A stretch of 64,000 nt of DNA from the human T2T-CHM13v2.0 reference genome, Homo sapiens, in assembly GCF_009914755.1 (NCBI RefSeq), contig NC_060947.1. The stretch is one strand, 5' to 3'. The position numbers were made by a program, and so were the translations under genes. The notes under the pieces are model-generated. The model ran no database searches, was not told the DNA's origin, and worked only from the letters and a program-made list of their open reading frames with translations. Of the stretch, positions 38,501-51,300 are shown piece by piece. Numbering within the stretch: position 1 is the first letter of the stretch; each line of letters starts with the position of its first letter.

Positions 38501-41500
38501 CAATCAAAACGAGGGTTCAACTGTGTGACTTGAATGCAATCATCACTCAGAAGTTTCTGAGAATGCTTCTCTTTAGTTTTTACGTGAACATATACCCGTT
38601 TCGAACGAAGGTCACCCAGTGGTCCAAATATCCACTTGCAGATTCTACAGAAAGAGTGTTTCGAACCTGAACTCTCAAAGGCAGGTTCATCTCTGCGAGT
38701 TAAATGCATTCGTCATGAAGAACTTTCTCAGCGTGTTTGTGTTTAGTTATGGGAAATTATTCCCGTTCCCAACGAAATCCTCAGAGAGGTCCAAATGTCC
38801 ACCTGCAGATTCTACCAAAAGTGTATTTGGAAACTGCTCCATCAACAGGCATGTTCAGCTCTGTGAGTGAAACTCCATCGTCACAAAAAATATTCTGAGA
38901 ATGCTTCCGTTTGCCTTTTATATGAAGTTCCTTCCTATACGACCGTAGGCCTCAAAGCAGTCCAAATCTCCATTTGCAGATTCTACAAAAAGAGTGATTC
39001 CAATCTGCTCTATCAATAGGATTGTTCAACTCCATGAGTTGAATGCCATCCTCACAAAGTCGTTTCTGAGAATGCTTCTATCTAGTTTTTATGAGAAGAT
39101 ATTTCCTTTTCCACCACAGGCCTCAAAGCCCTCCAAACGTCCACTTGCAGACTCTCGAAAAAGAGTGTTTCATAGCTGCTCTTTCAAAAGGAAAGTTCAA
39201 CTCTGGGAGTTGAATACAAACATCACAAAGTAGTTTCCGAGAATGCTTCTGTTTAGTTTTTATGTGAAGATGATCCCGTTTCCAGTGAAATCTTCAAAGA
39301 GGTCCACATATCCCCTTGCAGATTCCAAAGAAAGAGGGTTTCAAAACTGCTCCATCAAAAGGATTGTTCAACTCTGTGAGTTGAATGCAGTCATCGCAGA
39401 AAACTTTCTGAGAATACTTCTGTCTAGGTTTAATGTGAAGATATAGACCTTTCAAACGAAGGCTACAAAGTGGTCAAAATATACACTTGCAGATTGTACT
39501 ACAAGGGTGTTGCAAACCTGAACTATCAAAGGAAGGTTCAACTCTGTGAGTTGAATACAAACATCACAAAGAATGTTCTGAGTTTGCTTCCGTTCAGTTA
39601 TGGGAAGTTGATCCCGTTCCCAACGAAATCCTCAGAGAGGTCTAAATATCCCCTTGCAGATTCTACAAAACGTGTGTTTGGAAACTGCTCCATCATAACG
39701 AATGTTCAGCTCTCTGAGTTAAACTCCATCCTCACAAAGAATTTTCTGAGAGTGCTACCGTCTAGTTTTTATATGAAGTTCTTTCCTTTACTACCACAGG
39801 CCTCAAAGCGGTCCAAATCTCCACTTGCAGATTCTACAAAAAGAGTGTCTGCAAACTGCTCTACCAAAAGGAATGCTCAACTCTGGGAGTTGAATGCAAT
39901 CATCATAGAGCAGTTTCTGAGAATGCTTCTATGTCGTTTTTAGGAAAAGATATTTCCTTTTCCAACACAGTCCTCCAAGCCCACTAAATATCCACTTGCA
40001 CATTATAGAAAAAGTGTGTCGAAGCTGTGCTATCAAAAGGAAAGTTCAACTCTGTGAGGTGAATGCAAACATCCCAAAGAAGTTTCTGAGAATGCTTCCG
40101 TTTAGCTTTTAGGTGATGATTATCCCGTTTGCAAAGAAATCTTCAAAGAGGTCCAAATATCCCCTTGCGGATCCCACAGAAAGAGTGTTTCGAAACTGCT
40201 GTTTCAAAAGGAATCTTCAACTCTGTGAGTTGAATGCAATCATCACAAAGAGGTTTCTGACAATGCTTCTCTCTCGTCTTTCTGTGAAGATAAAGGAAAA
40301 GGCTTTCAGGCCTTTTCCACCACAGGCCTGAAAGCGCTCCAAATGTCCACTTGCAGATTCTGCCAAAAGAATATTTCAAAACTGCTCTATGAAAAGCAAT
40401 GTTAAACTCTGCGGCTCGAACACAAACATCACAAAGCAGTTTCTGAGAATGCTTCAGTTTAGTTTTTCTGTGGAAATATTCCCGTTTCCAAAGAAATCTT
40501 CAAAGAGGTCCACGTATCCACTTACAGATTCTACAAAAAGACAGTTTCAAAACTGCTCAATCAAAAGGAGGGTTCAACTGTGTGACTTGAATGCAATCAT
40601 CACTCAGAACTTTCTGAGAGTGCTTCTCCTTAGTTTTTACATGAACATATACCCGTTTCAAACGAAGGCCACCCAGTGGTCCAAATATCCACTTGCAGAT
40701 TCTACAGAAAGAGTGTTTCGAACCTGAACTCTCAAAGGCAGGTTCATCTCTGCGAGTTAAATGCATTCGTCATGAAGAACTTTCTCAGCGTGTTTGTGTT
40801 TAGTTATGGGAAATTATTCCCGTTCCCAACGAAATCTTCAGAGAGGTCCAAATGTGCACCTGCAGATTCTACCAAAAGTGTATTTGGAAACTGCTCCATC
40901 AACAGGCATGTTCAGCTCTGTGAGTGAAACTCCGTCATCACAAAGAATATTCTGAGAATGCTTCCGTTTGCCTTTTATATGAAGTTCCTTCCCATACGAC
41001 CGTAGGCCCCAAAGCAGTCCAAATCTCCATTTGCAGATTCTACAAAAAGAGTGATTCCAATCTGCTCTATCAATAGGATTGTTCAACTCCATGAGTTGAA
41101 TGCCATCCTCACAAAGTCGTTTCTGAGAATGCTTCTATCTAGTTTTTATGTGAAGATATTTCCTTTTCCACCACAGGCCTCAAAGCCCTCCAAACGTCCA
41201 CTTGCAGATTCTCGAAAAAGAGTGTTTCATAGCTGCTCTTTCAAAAGGAAAGTTCACCTCTGGGAGTTGAATACAAACATCACAAAGTAGTTTCCGAGAA
41301 TGCTTCTGTTTAGTTCTTATGTGAAGATGATCCCGTTTCCAGTGAAATCGTCAAAGACGTCCACATATCCCCTTGCAGATTCCAAAGAAAGAGGGTTTCA
41401 AAACTGCTCCATCAAAAGGATTGTTCAACTCTGTGAGTTGAATGCAGTCATCGCAGAAAACTTTCTGAGAATGCTTCTGTCTAGGTTTGATGTGAAGATA

Positions 41501-44500
41501 TAGACGTTTCAAACGAAGGCTACAAAGTGGTGAAAATATACACTTGCAGATTCTACTACAAGGGTGTTGCAAACCTGAACTATCAAAGGAAGGTTCAACT
41601 CTGTGGGTTGAATACAAACATCGCAAAGAATGTTCTGAGTTTGCTTCCGTTCAGTTATGGGAAGTTGATCCCGTTCTCAACGAAATCCTCAGAGAGGTCC
41701 AAATATCCCCTTGCAGATTCTACAAAACGTGTGTTTGGAAACTACTCCATCATAACGAATGTTCAGCTCTCTGAGTTAAACTCCATCGTCACAAAGAATT
41801 TTCTGAGAGTGCTACCCTCTAGTTTTTATATGAAGTTCTTTCCTTTACTACCACAGGCCTCAAAGCGGTCCAAATCTCCACTTGCAGATTCTACAAAGAG
41901 AGTGTCTGCAAACTGCTCTATCCAAAGGAATGTTCAACTCTGGGAATTGAATGCAATCATCACAGAGCAGTTTCTGAGAATGCTTCTATGTCGTTTTTAG
42001 GAGAAGATATTTCCTTTTCCAACACAGTCCTCCAAGCCCGCTGAATATCCACTTGCACATTGTAGAAAAAGTGTGTCGAAGCTGCGCTATCAAAGGGAAA
42101 GTTCAACTCTGTGAGGTGAATGCAAACATCCCAAAGAAGTTTCTGAGAATGCTTCCGTTTAGCTTTTAGGTGAAGATTATCCCGTTTCCAACGAAATCTT
42201 CAAAGAGATCCAAATATCCCCTTGCGGATCCCACAGAAAGAGTGTTTCGAAACTGCTGTTTCAAAAGGAATCTTCAACTCTGTGAGTTGAATGCAATCAT
42301 CACAAAGAAGTTTCTGACAATGCTTCTCTATCGTCTTTCTGTGAAGATAAAGAAAAAGCTTTCAGGCGTTTTCCACCACAGGCCTGAAAGCGCTCCAAAT
42401 GTCCACTTGCAGATTCTCCCAAAAGAATATTTCAAAACTGCTCTATGAAAAGCAATGTTAAACTCTGCGGCTCGAACACAAACATCACAAAGCAGTTTCT
42501 GAGAATGCTTCAGTTTAGTTTTTCTGTGGAAATATTCCCGTTTCCAAAGAAATCTTCAAAGAGGTCCACGTATCCACTTACAGATTCTACAAAAAGACAG
42601 TTTCAAAACTGCTCAATCAAAAGGAGGGTTCAACTGTGTGACTTGAATGCAATCATCACTCAGAAGTTTCTGAGAATGCTTCTCTTCAGTTTTTACGTGA
42701 ACATATACCCGTTTCGAACGAAGGCCACCCAGTGGTCCAAATATCCACTTGCAGATTCTACAGAAAGAGTGTTTCGAACCTGAACTCTCAAAGGCAGGTT
42801 CATCTCTGCGAGTTAAATGCATTCATCATGAAGAACTTTTTCAGCGTGTTTGTGTTTAGTTATGGGAAATTATTCCCGTTCCCAACGAAATCCTCAGAGA
42901 GGTCCAAATGTCCACCTGCAGATTCTACCAAAAGTGTATTTGGAAACTGCTCCATCAACAGGCATGTTCAGCTCCGTGGGTGAAACTCCATCATCACAAA
43001 GAATATTCTGAGAATGCTTCCGTTTGCCTTTTATATGAAGTTCCTTCCTATACTACCGTAGGCCTCAAAGCAGTCCAAATCTCCATTTGCAGATTCTACA
43101 AAAAGAGTGATTCCAATCTGCTCTATCAATAGGATTGTTCAACTCCATGAGTTGAATGCCATCCTCACAAAGTCGTTTCTGAGAATGCTTCTATCTAGTT
43201 TTTATGTGAAGATATTTCCTTTTCCACCACAGGCCTCAAAGCCCTCCAAACGTCCACTTGCAGATTCTCGAAAAAGAGTGTTTCATAGCTGCTCTTTCAA
43301 AAGGAAAGTTCAACTCTGGGAGTTGAATACAAACATCACAAAGTAGTTTCCGAGAATGCTTCTGTTTAGTTTTTATGTGAAGATGATCCCGTTTCCAGTG
43401 AAATTTTCAAAGAGGTCCACATATCCCCTTGCAGATTCCAAAGAAAGAGGGTTTCAAAACTGCTCCATCAAAAGGATTGTTCAACTCTGTGAGTTGAATG
43501 CAGTCATCGCAGAAAACTTTCTGAGAATGCTTCTGTCTAGGTTTGATGTGAAGATATAGACGTTTCAAACGAAGGCTACAAAGTGGTCAAAATATACACT
43601 TGCAGATTCTACTACAAGGGTGTTGCAAACCTGAACTATCAAAGGAAGGTTCAACTCTGTGAGTTGAATACAAACATCGCAAAGAATGCTCTGAGTTTGC
43701 TTCCGTTCAGTTATGGGAAGTTGATCCCGTTCCCAACGAAATCCTCAGAGAGGTCCAAATATCCCCTTGCAGATTCTACAAAACGTGTGTTTGGAAACTG
43801 CTCCATCATAACGAATGTTCAGCTCTCTGAGTTAAACTCCATCGTCACAAAGGATTTTCTGAGAGTGCTACCGTCTAGTTTTTATATGAAGTTCTTTCCT
43901 TTACTACCACAGGCCTCAAAGCGGTCCAAATCTCCACTTGCAGATTCTACAAAAAGAGTGTCTGCAAACTGCTCTATCAAAAGGAATGTTCAACTCTGGG
44001 AGTTGAATGCAATCGTCACAGAGCAGTTTCTGAGAAGGCTTCTATGAAGTTTTTAGGAAAAGATATTTCCTTTTCCAACACAGTCCTCCAAGCCCGCTAA
44101 ATATCCACTTGCACATTGTAGAAAAAGTGTGCCAAATCTGCGCTATCAAAAGGAAAGTTCAACTCTGTGAGGTGAATGCAAACATCCCAAAGAAGTTTCT
44201 GAGAATGCTTCCGTTTAGCTTTTAGGTGAAGATTATCCCGTTTGCAACGAAATCTTCAAAGAGGTCCAAATATCCTCTTGCGGATCCCACAGAAAGAGTG
44301 TTTCGAAACTGCTGTTTCAAAAGGAATCTTCAACTCTGTGAGTTGAATGCAATCATCACAAAGAAGTTTCTGACAATGCTTCTCTCTCGCCTTTCTGTGA
44401 AGATAAAGGAAAAGGCTTTCAGGCCTTTTCCACCACAGGCCTGAAAGCGCTCCAAATGTCCACTTGCAGATTCTCCCAAAAGAATATTTCAAAACTGCTC

Positions 44501-47500
44501 TATGAAAAGCAATGTTAAACTCTGCGGCTCGAACACAAACATCACAAAGCAGTTTCTGAGAATGCTTCAGTTTAGTTTTTCTGTGGAAATATTCCCGTTT
44601 CCAAAGAAATCTTCAAAGAGGTCCACGTATCCACTTACAGATTCTACAAAAAGACAGTTTCAAAACTGCTCAATCAAAAGGAGGGTTCAACTGTGTGACT
44701 TGAATGCAATCATCACTCAGAACTTTCTGAGAATGCTTCTCCTTAGTTTTTACATGAACATATACCCGTTTCGAACGAAGGCCACCCAGTGGTCCAAATA
44801 TCCACTTGCAGATTCTACAGAAAGAGTGTTTCTAACCTGAACTCTCAAAGGCAGGTTCATCTCTGTGAGTTAAATGCATTCGTCATGAAGAACTTTCTCA
44901 GCGTGTTTGTGTTTAGTTATGGGAAATTATTCCCGTTTCCAACGAAATCCTCAGAGAGGTCCAAATGTCCACCTGCAGATTCTACCAAAAGTGTATTTGG
45001 AAACTGCTCCATCAAAAGGCATGTTCAGCTCTGTGAGTGAAACTCCATCATCACAAAGAATATTCTGAGAATGCTTCCGTTTGCCTTTTATATGAAGTTC
45101 CTTCCTATACGACCGTAGGCCTCAAAGCAGTCCAAATCTCCATTTGCAGATTCTACAAAAAGAGTGATTCCAATCTGCTCTATCAATAGGATTGTTCAAC
45201 TCCATGAGTTGAATGCCATCCTCACAAAGTCGTTTCTGAGAATGCTTCTATCTAGTTTTTATGTGAAGATATTTCCTTTTCCACCACAGGCCTCAAAGCC
45301 CTCCAAACGTCCACTTGCAGATTCTCGAAAAAGAGTGTTTCATAGCTGCTCTTTCAAAAGGAAAGTTCAACTCTGGGAGTTGAATACAAACATCACAAAG
45401 TAGTTTCCGAGAATGCTTCTGTTTAGTTCTTATGTGAAGATGATCCCGTTTCCAGTGAAATCTTCAAAGAGGTCCACATATCCCCTTGCAGATTCCAAAG
45501 AAAGAGGGTTTCAAAACTGCTCCATCAAAAGGATTGTTCAACTCTGTGAGTTGAATGCAGTCATCGCAGAAAACTTTCTGAGAATGCTTCTGTCTAGGTT
45601 TGATGTGAAGATATAGGCGTTTCAAACGAAGGCTACAAAGTGGTCAAAATATACACTTGCAGATTCTACTACAAGGGTGTTGCAAACCTGAACTATCAAA
45701 GGAAGGTTCAACTCTGTGGGTTGAATACAAACATCGCAAAGAATGTTCTGAGTTTGCTTCCGTTCAGATATGGGAAGTTGATCCCGTTCCCAACGAAATC
45801 CTCAGAGAGGTCCAAATATCCCCTTGCAGATTCTACAAAACGTGTGTTTGGAAACTGCTCCATCATAACGAATGTTCAGCTCTCTGAGTTAAACTCCATC
45901 ATCACAAAGAATTTTCTGAGAGTGCTACCGTCTAGTTTTTATATGAAGTTCTTTCCTTTACTACCACAGGCCTCAAAGCGGTCCAAATCTCCACTTGCAG
46001 ATTCTACAAAAAGAGTGTCTGCAAACTGCTCTATCAAAAGGAATGTTCAACTCTGGGAGTTGAATGCAATCATCACAGAGCAGTTTCTGAGAAGGCTTCT
46101 ATGTCGTTTTTAGGAGAAGATATTTCCTTTTCCAACTCAGTCCTCCAAGCCCGCTAAATAGCCACTTGCACATTGTAGAAAAAGTGTGTCGTAGCTGCGC
46201 TATCAAAGGGAAAGTTCAACTCTGTGAGGTGAATGCAAACATCCCAAAGAAGTTTCTGAGAATGCTTCCGTTTAGCTTTTAGGTGAAGATTATCCCGTTT
46301 CCAATGAAACCTTCAAAGAGGTCCAAATATCCCCTTGCGGATCCCACAGAAAGAGTGTTTCGAAACTGCTGTTTCAAAAGGAATCTTCAACTCTGTGAGT
46401 TGAATGCAATCATCACAAAGAAGTTTCTGACAATGCTTCTCTCTCGTCTTTCTGTGAAGATAAAGGAAAAGGCTTTCAGGCCTTTGCCACCACAGGCCTG
46501 AAAGCGCTCCAAATGTCCACTTGCAGATTCTGCCAAAAGAATATTTCAAAACTGCTCTATGAAAAGCAATGTTAAACTCTGTGGCTCGAACACAAACATC
46601 ACAAAGCGGTCTCTGAGAATGCTTCAGTTTAGTTTTTCTTTGGAAATATTCCCGTTTCCAAAGAAATCTTCAAAGACGTCCATGTATCCACTTACAGATT
46701 CTACAAAAAGACAGTTTCAAAACTGCTCAATCAAAAGGAGGGTTCAACTGTGTGACTTGAATGCAATCATCACTCAGAAGTTTCTGAGAATGCTTCTCTT
46801 TAGTTTTTACGTGAACATATACCCGTTTCGAACGAAGGCCACCCATTGGTCCAAATGTCCACTTCCAGATTCTACAGAAAGAGTGTTTCGAACCTGAACT
46901 CTCAAAGGCAGGTTCATCTCTGCGAGTTAAATGCATTCATCATGAAGAACTTTCTCAGAGTGTTTGTGTTTAGTTATGGGAAATTATTCCCGTTTCCAAC
47001 GAAATCCTCAGATAGCTCCAAATATCCACCTGCAGATTCTACCAAAAGTGTATTTGGAAACTGCTCCATCAACAGGCATGTTCAGCTCTGTGAGTGAAAC
47101 TCCATCATCACAAAGAATATTCTGAGAATGCTTCCGTTTGCCTTTTATATGAAGTTCCTTCCTATACGACCGTAGGCCTCAAAGCGGTCCAAATCTCCAT
47201 TTGCAGATTCTACAAAAAGAGTGATTCCAATCTGCTCTATCAATAGGATTGTTCAACTCCATGAGTTGAATGCCATCCTCACAAAGTCGTTTCTGAGAAT
47301 GCTTCTATCTAGTTTTTATGTGAAGATATTTCCTTTTCCACCACAGGCCTCAAAGCCCTCCAAACGTCCACTTGCAGATTCTCGAAAAAGAGTGTTTCAT
47401 AGCTGCTCTTTCAAAAGGAAAGTTCAACTCTGAGAGTTGAATACAAACATCACAAAGTAGTTTCCGAGAATGCTTCTGTTTAGTTCTTATGTGAAGATGA

Positions 47501-48357
47501 TCCCGTTTCCAGTGAAATCTTCAAAGAGGTCCACATATCCCCTTGCAGATTCCAAAGAAAGAGGGTTTCAAATCTGCTCCATCAAAAGGATTGTTCAACT
47601 CTGTGAGTTGAATGCAGTCATCGCAGAAAACTTTCTGAGAATGCTTCTGTCTAGGTTTGATGTGAAGATATAGACGTTTCAAACGAAGGCTACAAAGTGG
47701 TGAAAATATACACTTGCAGATTCTACTACAAGGGTGTTGCAAACCTGAACTATCAAAGGAAGGTTCAACTCTGTGGGTTGAATACAAACATCGCAAAGAA
47801 TGTTCTGAGTTTGCTTCCGTTCAGTTATGGGAAGTTGATCCCCTTCCCAACGAAATCCTCAGAGAGGTCCAAATATCCCCTTGCAGATTCTACAAAACGT
47901 GTGTTTGGAAACTGCTCCATCATAACGAATGTTCAGCTCTCTGAGTTAAACTCCATCGTCACAAAGAATTTTCTGAGAGTGCTACCGTCTAGTTTTTATA
48001 TGAAGTTCTTTCCTTTACTACCACAGGCCTCAAAGCGGTCCAAATCTCCACTTGCAGATTCTACAAAAAGAGTGTCTGCAAACTGCTCTATCAAAAGGAA
48101 TGTTCAACTCTGGGAGTTGAATGCAATCATCACAGAGCAGTTTCTGAGAATGCTTCTATGTCGTTTTTAGGAGAAGATATTTCCTATTCCAACACAGTCC
48201 TCCAAGCCCGCTAAATAGCCACTTGCACATTGTAGAAAAAGTGTGTCGAAGCTGCGCTATCAAAGGGAAAGTTCAACTCTGTGAGGTGAATGCAAACATC
48301 CCAAAGAAGTTTCTGAGAATGCTTCCGTTTAGCTTTTAGGTGAAGATTATCCCGTTT

Positions 48358-51300
48358 GCAACGAAATCTTCAAAGAGGTCCAAATATCCCCTTGCGGATC
48401 CCACAGAAAGAGTGTTTCGAAACTGCTGTTTCAAAAGGAATCTTCAACTCTGTGAGTTGAATGCAATCATCACAAAGAAGTTTCTGACAATGCTTCTCTC
48501 TCGTCTTTCTGTGAAGATAAAGGAAAAGGCTTTCAGGCCTTTTCCACCACAGGCCTGAAAGCGCTCCAAATGTCCACTTGCAGATTCTGCCAAAAGAATA
48601 TTTCAAAACTGCTCTATGAAAAGCAATGTTAAACTCTGCGGCTCGAACACAAACATCACAAAGCAGTTTCTGAGAATGCTTCAGTTTAGTTTTTCAGTGG
48701 AAATATTCCCGTTTCCAAAGAAATCTTCAAAGAGGTCCACGTATCCACTTACAGATTCTACAAAAAGACAGTTTCAAAACTGCTCAATCAAAAGGAGGGT
48801 TCAACTGTGTGACTTGAATGCAATCATCACTCAGAACTTTCTGAGAATGCTTCTCTTTAGTTTTTACGTGAACATATACCCGTTTCGAACGAAGGCCACC
48901 CAGTGGTCCAAATATCCACTTGCAGATTCTACAGAAAGAGTGTTTCGAACCTGAACTCTCAAAGGCAGGTTCATCTCTGCGAGTTAAATGCATTCGTCAT
49001 GAAGAACTTTCTCAGCGTGTTTGTGTTTAGTTATGGGAAATTATTCCCGTTCCCAACGAAATCCTCAGAGAGGTCCAAATGTCCACCTGCAGATTCTACC
49101 AAAAGTGTATTTGGAAACTGCTCCATCAACAGGCATGTTCAGCTCTGTGAGTGAAACTCCATCATCACAAAGAATATTCTGAGAATGCTTCCATTTGCCT
49201 TTTATATGAAGTTCCTTCCTATACGACCGTAGGCCTCAAAGCAGTCCAAATCTCCATTTGCAGATTCTACAAAAAGAGTGATTCCAATCTGCTCTATCAA
49301 TAGGATTGTTCAACTCCATGAGTTGAATGCCATCCTCACAAAGTCGTTTCTGAGAATGCTTCTATTTAGTTTTTATGTGAAGATATTTCCTTTTCCACCA
49401 CAGGCCTCAAAGCCCTCCAAACGTCCACTTGCAGATCCTCGAAAAAGAGTGTTTCATAGCTGCTCTTTCAAAAGGAAAGTTCAACTCTGGGAGTTGAATA
49501 CAAACATCACAAAGTAGTTTCCGAGAATGCTTCTGTTTAGTTCTTATGTGAAGATGATCCCGTTTCCAGTGAAATCTTCAAAGACGTCCACATATCCCCT
49601 TGCAGATTCCAAAGAAAGAGGGTTTCAAAACTGCTCCATCAAAAGGATTGTTCAACTCTGTGAGTTGAATGCAGTCATCGCAGAAAACTTTCTGAGAATG
49701 CTTCTGTCTAGGTTTGATGTGAAGAAATAGACGTTTCAAACGAAGGCTACAAAGTGGTCAAAATATACACTTGCAGATTCTACTACAAGGGTGTTGCACA
49801 CCTGAACTCTCAAAGGAAGTTTCAACTCTGTGGGTTGAATACAAACATCGCAAAGAATGTTCTGAGTTTGCTTCCGTTCAGTTATGGGAAGTTGATCCCG
49901 TTTACAACGAAATCCTCAGAGAGGTCCAAATATCCCCTTGCAGATTCTACAAAACGTGTGTTTGGAAACTGCTCCATCATAACGAATGTTCAGCTCCCTG
50001 TGTTAAACTCCATCGTCACAAAGAATTTTCTGAGAGTGCTACCGTCTAGTTTTTATATGAAGTTCTTTCCTTTACTACCACAGGCCTCAAAGCGGTCCAA
50101 ATCTCCACTTGCAGATTCTACAAAAAGAGTGTCTGCAAACTGCTCTATCAAAAGGAATGTTCAACTCTGGGAATTGAATGCAATCATCACAGAGCAGTTT
50201 CTCAGAATGCTTCTATGTCGTTTTTAGGAGAAGATATTTCCTTTTCCAACACAGTCCTCCAAGCCCGTTAAATAGCCACTTGCACATTGTAGAAAAAGTG
50301 TGTCGTAGCTGCGCTATCAAAGGGAAAGTTCAACTCTGTGAGGTGAATGCAAACATCCCAAAGAAGTTTCTGAGAATGCTTCCGTTTAGCTTTTAGGTGA
50401 AGATTATCCCGTTTCCAACGAAACCTTCAAAGAGGTCCAAATATCCCCTTGCGGATCCCACAGAAAGAGTGTTTCGAAACTGCTGTTTCAAAAGGAATCT
50501 TCAACTCTGTGAGTTGAATGCAATCATCACAAAGAAGTTTCTGACAATGCTTCTCTCTCGTCTTTCTGTGAAGATAAAGGAAAAGGTTTTCAGGCCTTTG
50601 CCACAACAGGCCTGAAAGCGCTCCAAATGTCCACTTGCAGATTCTGCCAAAAGAATATTTCAAAACTGCTCTATGAAAAGCAATGTTAAACTCTGTGGCT
50701 CGAACACAAACATCACAAAGCGGTCTCTGAGAATGCTTCAGTTTAGTTTTTCTTTGGAAATATTCCCGTTTCCAAAGAAATCTTCAAAGAGGTCCACGTA
50801 TCCACTTACAGATTCTACAAAAAGACAGTTTCAAAACTGCTCAATCAAAAGGAGGGTTCAACTGTGTGACTTCAATGCAATCATCACTCAGAACTTTCTG
50901 AGAATGCTTCTCTTTAGTTTTTACGTGAACATATACCCGTTTCGAACGAAGGCCACCCAGTGGTCCAAATGTCCACTTGCAGATTCTACAGAAAGAGTGT
51001 TTCGAACCTGAACTCTCAAAGGCAGGTTCATCTCTGCGAGTTAAATGCATTCATCATGAAGAACTTTCTCAGAGTGTTTGTGTTTAGTTATGGGAAATTA
51101 TTCCCGTTTCCAACGAAATCCTCAGAGAGCTCCAAATATCCACCTGCAGATTCTACCAAAAGTGTATTTGGAAACTGCTCCATCAAAAGGCATCTTCAGC
51201 TCTGTGAGTGAAACTCCATCATCACAAAGAATATTCTGAGAATGCTTCCGTTTGCCTTTTATATGAAGTTCCTTCCTATACGACCGTAGGCCTCAAAGCA

